Below are positions 61,473 through 64,000 of a DNA stretch of 64,000 nucleotides, in pieces. The position numbers and the translations under genes were made by a program. The notes below the pieces were generated by a model. It was not told the DNA's origin, did no database searches, and saw only the letters and a program-made list of their open reading frames with translations. Within the stretch, counting starts at the first letter, position 1, and every line of letters starts with the position of its first letter. Origin of the DNA: Negativicutes bacterium (lineage in GTDB: Bacteria > Bacillota > Negativicutes > UBA1444); NCBI GenBank assembly GCA_963665275.2, contig CAXXIN010000018.1, forward strand, positions 394,553 to 458,552. Reading direction: 5' to 3'.

Positions 61473-62230
61473 GCGCTATGAAAAGCCCGCTATCGACCGT
61501 GAAACTGGTCGAAATTTTTTCGTCCATACAAGGGGAAGGATTATTCGTAGGATGCCGGCAAGTGTTTGTTCGCTTGGCCGGCTGCAATATTTCCTGCCAG
61601 TATTGTGATACTCGAGATTCTTTCGCTGTACCCGACACTGCCCGTATCGAGACAGCAGCTGCTGGCCGAATCTTCGTAAATCTAACCAATCCGGTTCCGA
61701 TGACCGAGCTGGTTTCAGCCATTGAACGCCTTTACCGCAGCCCCCATCATTCAGTCAGTCTGACGGGTGGAGAGCCTCTGCTGCAGCCAGAGGCAATATC
61801 CGCTATTGCAGCCCTGCGTCAGACTGGCGCGAAAATTTACCTCGAAACGAACGGAACTCTGCCGGAAGCACTGGCGCGGGTCATTCGTGATGTTGATATT
61901 GTTTCGATGGATTTCAAACTGCCCAGCGCAGTGTATGGGAATTCCTACTGGCGTGAACATGCGGATTTTCTGCGCATTGCCAAACAACGGGAAGTCTTCG
62001 TAAAAATTGTACTCAGCGGCGAAACAACGCAACCTGAATTGGAACAGGCGATATCCCTGATCGCGGAAATCGACGCTTCAATTCCGCTGATTCTGCAGCC
62101 GGTTACGCCGGTGAATGGAATTGCCGCGATCGACTCAGGCGCCGTTCTGCGCGCTCAGGAACTGGCGATGCAAAGGCTTCAGACGGTGCGGGTCATCCCT
62201 CAGACTCATAAAATATTGGGACAGTTATAG
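61469..62230 (+). CDS. queE: 7-carboxy-7-deazaguanine synthase (radical SAM)
   Basis: EIFSSIQGEG, FVRLAGCNISCQYCDT, TGGEP, ETNG and PQTHK. Confidence 0.92.
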   Translation: MSAMKSPLSTVKLVEIFSSIQGEGLFVGCRQVFVRLAGCNISCQYCDTRDSFAVPDTARIETAAAGRIFVNLTNPVPMTELVSAIERLYRSPHHSVSLTGGEPLLQPEAISAIAALRQTGAKIYLETNGTLPEALARVIRDVDIVSMDFKLPSAVYGNSYWREHADFLRIAKQREVFVKIVLSGETTQPELEQAISLIAEIDASIPLILQPVTPVNGIAAIDSGAVLRAQELAMQRLQTVRVIPQTHKILGQL

Positions 62231-62258
62231 CAGCTGTTAACGAAAGCAGGTACGAATA

Positions 62259-63047
62259 GTGCGGATTTTATTGACCAATGACGATGGAATCAGGGCTCCT
62301 GGCATCCAGGCGCTATGGGATACCTTGAAAGACATCGCAGATGTTGTCGTAGCGGCGCCAGCCCAACAGCAGAGTGCAACAGGTCATTCCATAACCGTTT
62401 ATCATCCGATCTGGGTCAATGTGCATGATTTTGATGATGCACGTGTTACCGGTTGGCGGATTGGCGGGACACCGGCTGACAGCGTAAAAATAGCCCTCGA
62501 TACGTTGATGGTTGAAAAACCGGATCTGGTCGTATCTGGAATCAATCATGGCCCCAATCTGGGGACTGACGTGTTGTATTCCGGTACGGTAAGCGCTGCT
62601 GTCGAAGGAGCAATGCATGGTATTCCTGCTATCGCCATTTCACTTGCCACAGATGGAGATCCCGACTTTTGCTCAGCTGCAGCATTTTGCCGTCAGCTGG
62701 TGCAACAGATCATTGCCGAAGATTTCCCCCGGTTCAGCCTGCTCAACGTCAATGTCCCTCCGGTTGCAGCAACCGAAATTCAAGGGGTAGCGATTACCAA
62801 ACTGGGATCCATTGAGTATGAGAATGCTTTTGACAAGCGCATTGATCCCCGTGGGCGAACTTACTATTGGATGGCCGGCACGCCGATGGAGACCCTGAAT
62901 GCCAGCGACACTGACGTGGCTGCGATACGCGCTAACCAGATCTCCGTAACACCTGTACATTTTGACCTGACGGACTATACTTTGTTGGATTCCCTGCGGA
63001 AGTGGGAATCAATCCATAGCAGGAAACAAACTAACGAAAGTCGTTAA
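62259..63047 (+). CDS. surE: 5'/3'-nucleotidase SurE
   Basis: LLTNDDGI.APG, GTPADSV and SGINHGPNLG.DVLYSGTV. Confidence 0.96.
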   Translation: MRILLTNDDGIRAPGIQALWDTLKDIADVVVAAPAQQQSATGHSITVYHPIWVNVHDFDDARVTGWRIGGTPADSVKIALDTLMVEKPDLVVSGINHGPNLGTDVLYSGTVSAAVEGAMHGIPAIAISLATDGDPDFCSAAAFCRQLVQQIIAEDFPRFSLLNVNVPPVAATEIQGVAITKLGSIEYENAFDKRIDPRGRTYYWMAGTPMETLNASDTDVAAIRANQISVTPVHFDLTDYTLLDSLRKWESIHSRKQTNESR

Positions 63048-63054
63048 TCAAAGG

Positions 63055-63723
63055 ATGGATATTTTAATGAGATCACCAATTTTCCAGGGCGTTTTTTTTG
63101 ATCTGGACGGAACGTTGCTCGATACAACCCCGTTGATCATCAAATCTTTTCAACATGCATTTCAAACGCATTTTCAACGTGAAATCAATCTTGCTGACAT
63201 TCAACCTTACATGGGGAAACCTTTGCGGGCAGCCATGGAAGTGATGGCGCCTGGAGAGGAAGATGCGGTCATTGCTACGTACCGCAGCTTCAACAACATC
63301 CATCATGATCAACTGGCCGGCATATTCGAAGGAGTTCATGACACGGTGAAAACTCTTCATGATGCCGGAATTACTTTGGCCATTGTTACGTCGAAGACTT
63401 CCACCATGGCCCGTCGCGGGCTGCGGTTGTTCAATATCGAACAGTATTTCACCGCAGTTATTGGCGTTGATGAATCCGTGCGGCATAAACCGGAGCCGGA
63501 ACCTGTTTTAACTGCTATCCGTCAAACCGGACTGACAGCAGTCCAATGTATTATGATCGGTGACAGTGCGCATGATATTATGAGCGGACAGGGTGCTGGC
63601 GTCAAAACCGCAGCGGTCCGTTGGAGTGAAGCTTACTGGCCGGAAGTATTGGCGGCCAAGCCGGATTATATTTTGGAAACGATGCCTGATTTACTTGAGC
63701 TCGTGTTCAAAAAAGAGAGCTGA
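63055..63723 (+). CDS. ppaX: HAD-family pyrophosphatase PpaX-like
   Basis: FDLDGTLLDT, VTSK, HKPEPEP and IGDS.HD. Confidence 0.82.
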   Translation: MDILMRSPIFQGVFFDLDGTLLDTTPLIIKSFQHAFQTHFQREINLADIQPYMGKPLRAAMEVMAPGEEDAVIATYRSFNNIHHDQLAGIFEGVHDTVKTLHDAGITLAIVTSKTSTMARRGLRLFNIEQYFTAVIGVDESVRHKPEPEPVLTAIRQTGLTAVQCIMIGDSAHDIMSGQGAGVKTAAVRWSEAYWPEVLAAKPDYILETMPDLLELVFKKES

Positions 63724-63738
63724 TAGGAGGGTCCTCGC

Positions 63739-64000
63739 TTGAGTATTACTCCATATATTGCCGTTATCGGTGGAACTGGGGTCTACGATCCCGGAATGTT
63801 GGCCGAGGTTTCGACGAGTACCGTTGAAACTCCTTATGGATCCGTAACCTATCAAATCGGATTGCTGGCTGCGCGTCCCGTGGTATTCATTCCGCGGCAC
63901 GGCCGGCAGCATTCGATTCCACCTCATCTGATTAATTACCGGGCCAATATCTGGGCGCTGAAACAATTGGGCGTGCGACAAATCCTGGCAACAACTGCGG
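63739..64000 (+). CDS. mtnP: Methylthioadenosine/purine nucleoside phosphorylase (partial, runs off the window)
   Basis: RBS AGGAGG and TTG start; AVIGGTG.Y, ETPYG, PRHG..HSIPPH.INYRANIWALK. Confidence 0.88.
   Translation, partial: MSITPYIAVIGGTGVYDPGMLAEVSTSTVETPYGSVTYQIGLLAARPVVFIPRHGRQHSIPPHLINYRANIWALKQLGVRQILATTA

Noticed and set aside
61095-62230. 7-deazaguanine DNA modification (dpd) defence locus
   Set aside because: No dpdA/tgt paralogue or other dpd genes; the context is housekeeping.

Overview
64 kb of chromosome from an anaerobic, probably diderm Firmicute (Negativicutes/Sporomusaceae-like; inferred from gene content and order). The left half is accessory: a tungsten aldehyde:ferredoxin oxidoreductase cluster (aor, two moeA, two moaD-like genes, moeB, tupABC); an ECF sigma/anti-sigma pair divergent from a secreted STN-vWA protein; an uncharacterised sugar catabolic operon with an HPS/KGPDC-family enzyme; a TnpA-only IS200/IS605 element; an Ile T-box-controlled livKHMGF; a lone panB plus MFS gene; and a secreted hypothetical protein. 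The right half is core: priA-def-fmt-DUF116-rsmB-rlmN-pknB-rsgA-rpe, FMN riboswitch-ribD/E/BA/H-hslO, rpmB, recG, a polyphosphate cluster (CYTH-CHAD, sixA, ppk1, degenerate ppx), then guaB, tagA-like, psd-pssA, GT2, queD-queE, surE, ppaX and a partial mtnP. The best candidate for an undescribed system is the ECF locus. Two back-to-back GCGTTACTTTT-N12-CGTT promoter motifs point one at the sigma/anti-sigma operon and one at a vWA protein whose N-terminus resembles the STN signalling domain of TonB-dependent transducers. Patches of single-base insertions (about 8.5-10.3 kb and 48.4-52.3 kb) look like long-read assembly errors. All calls are by-eye motif recognition; no searches were run.
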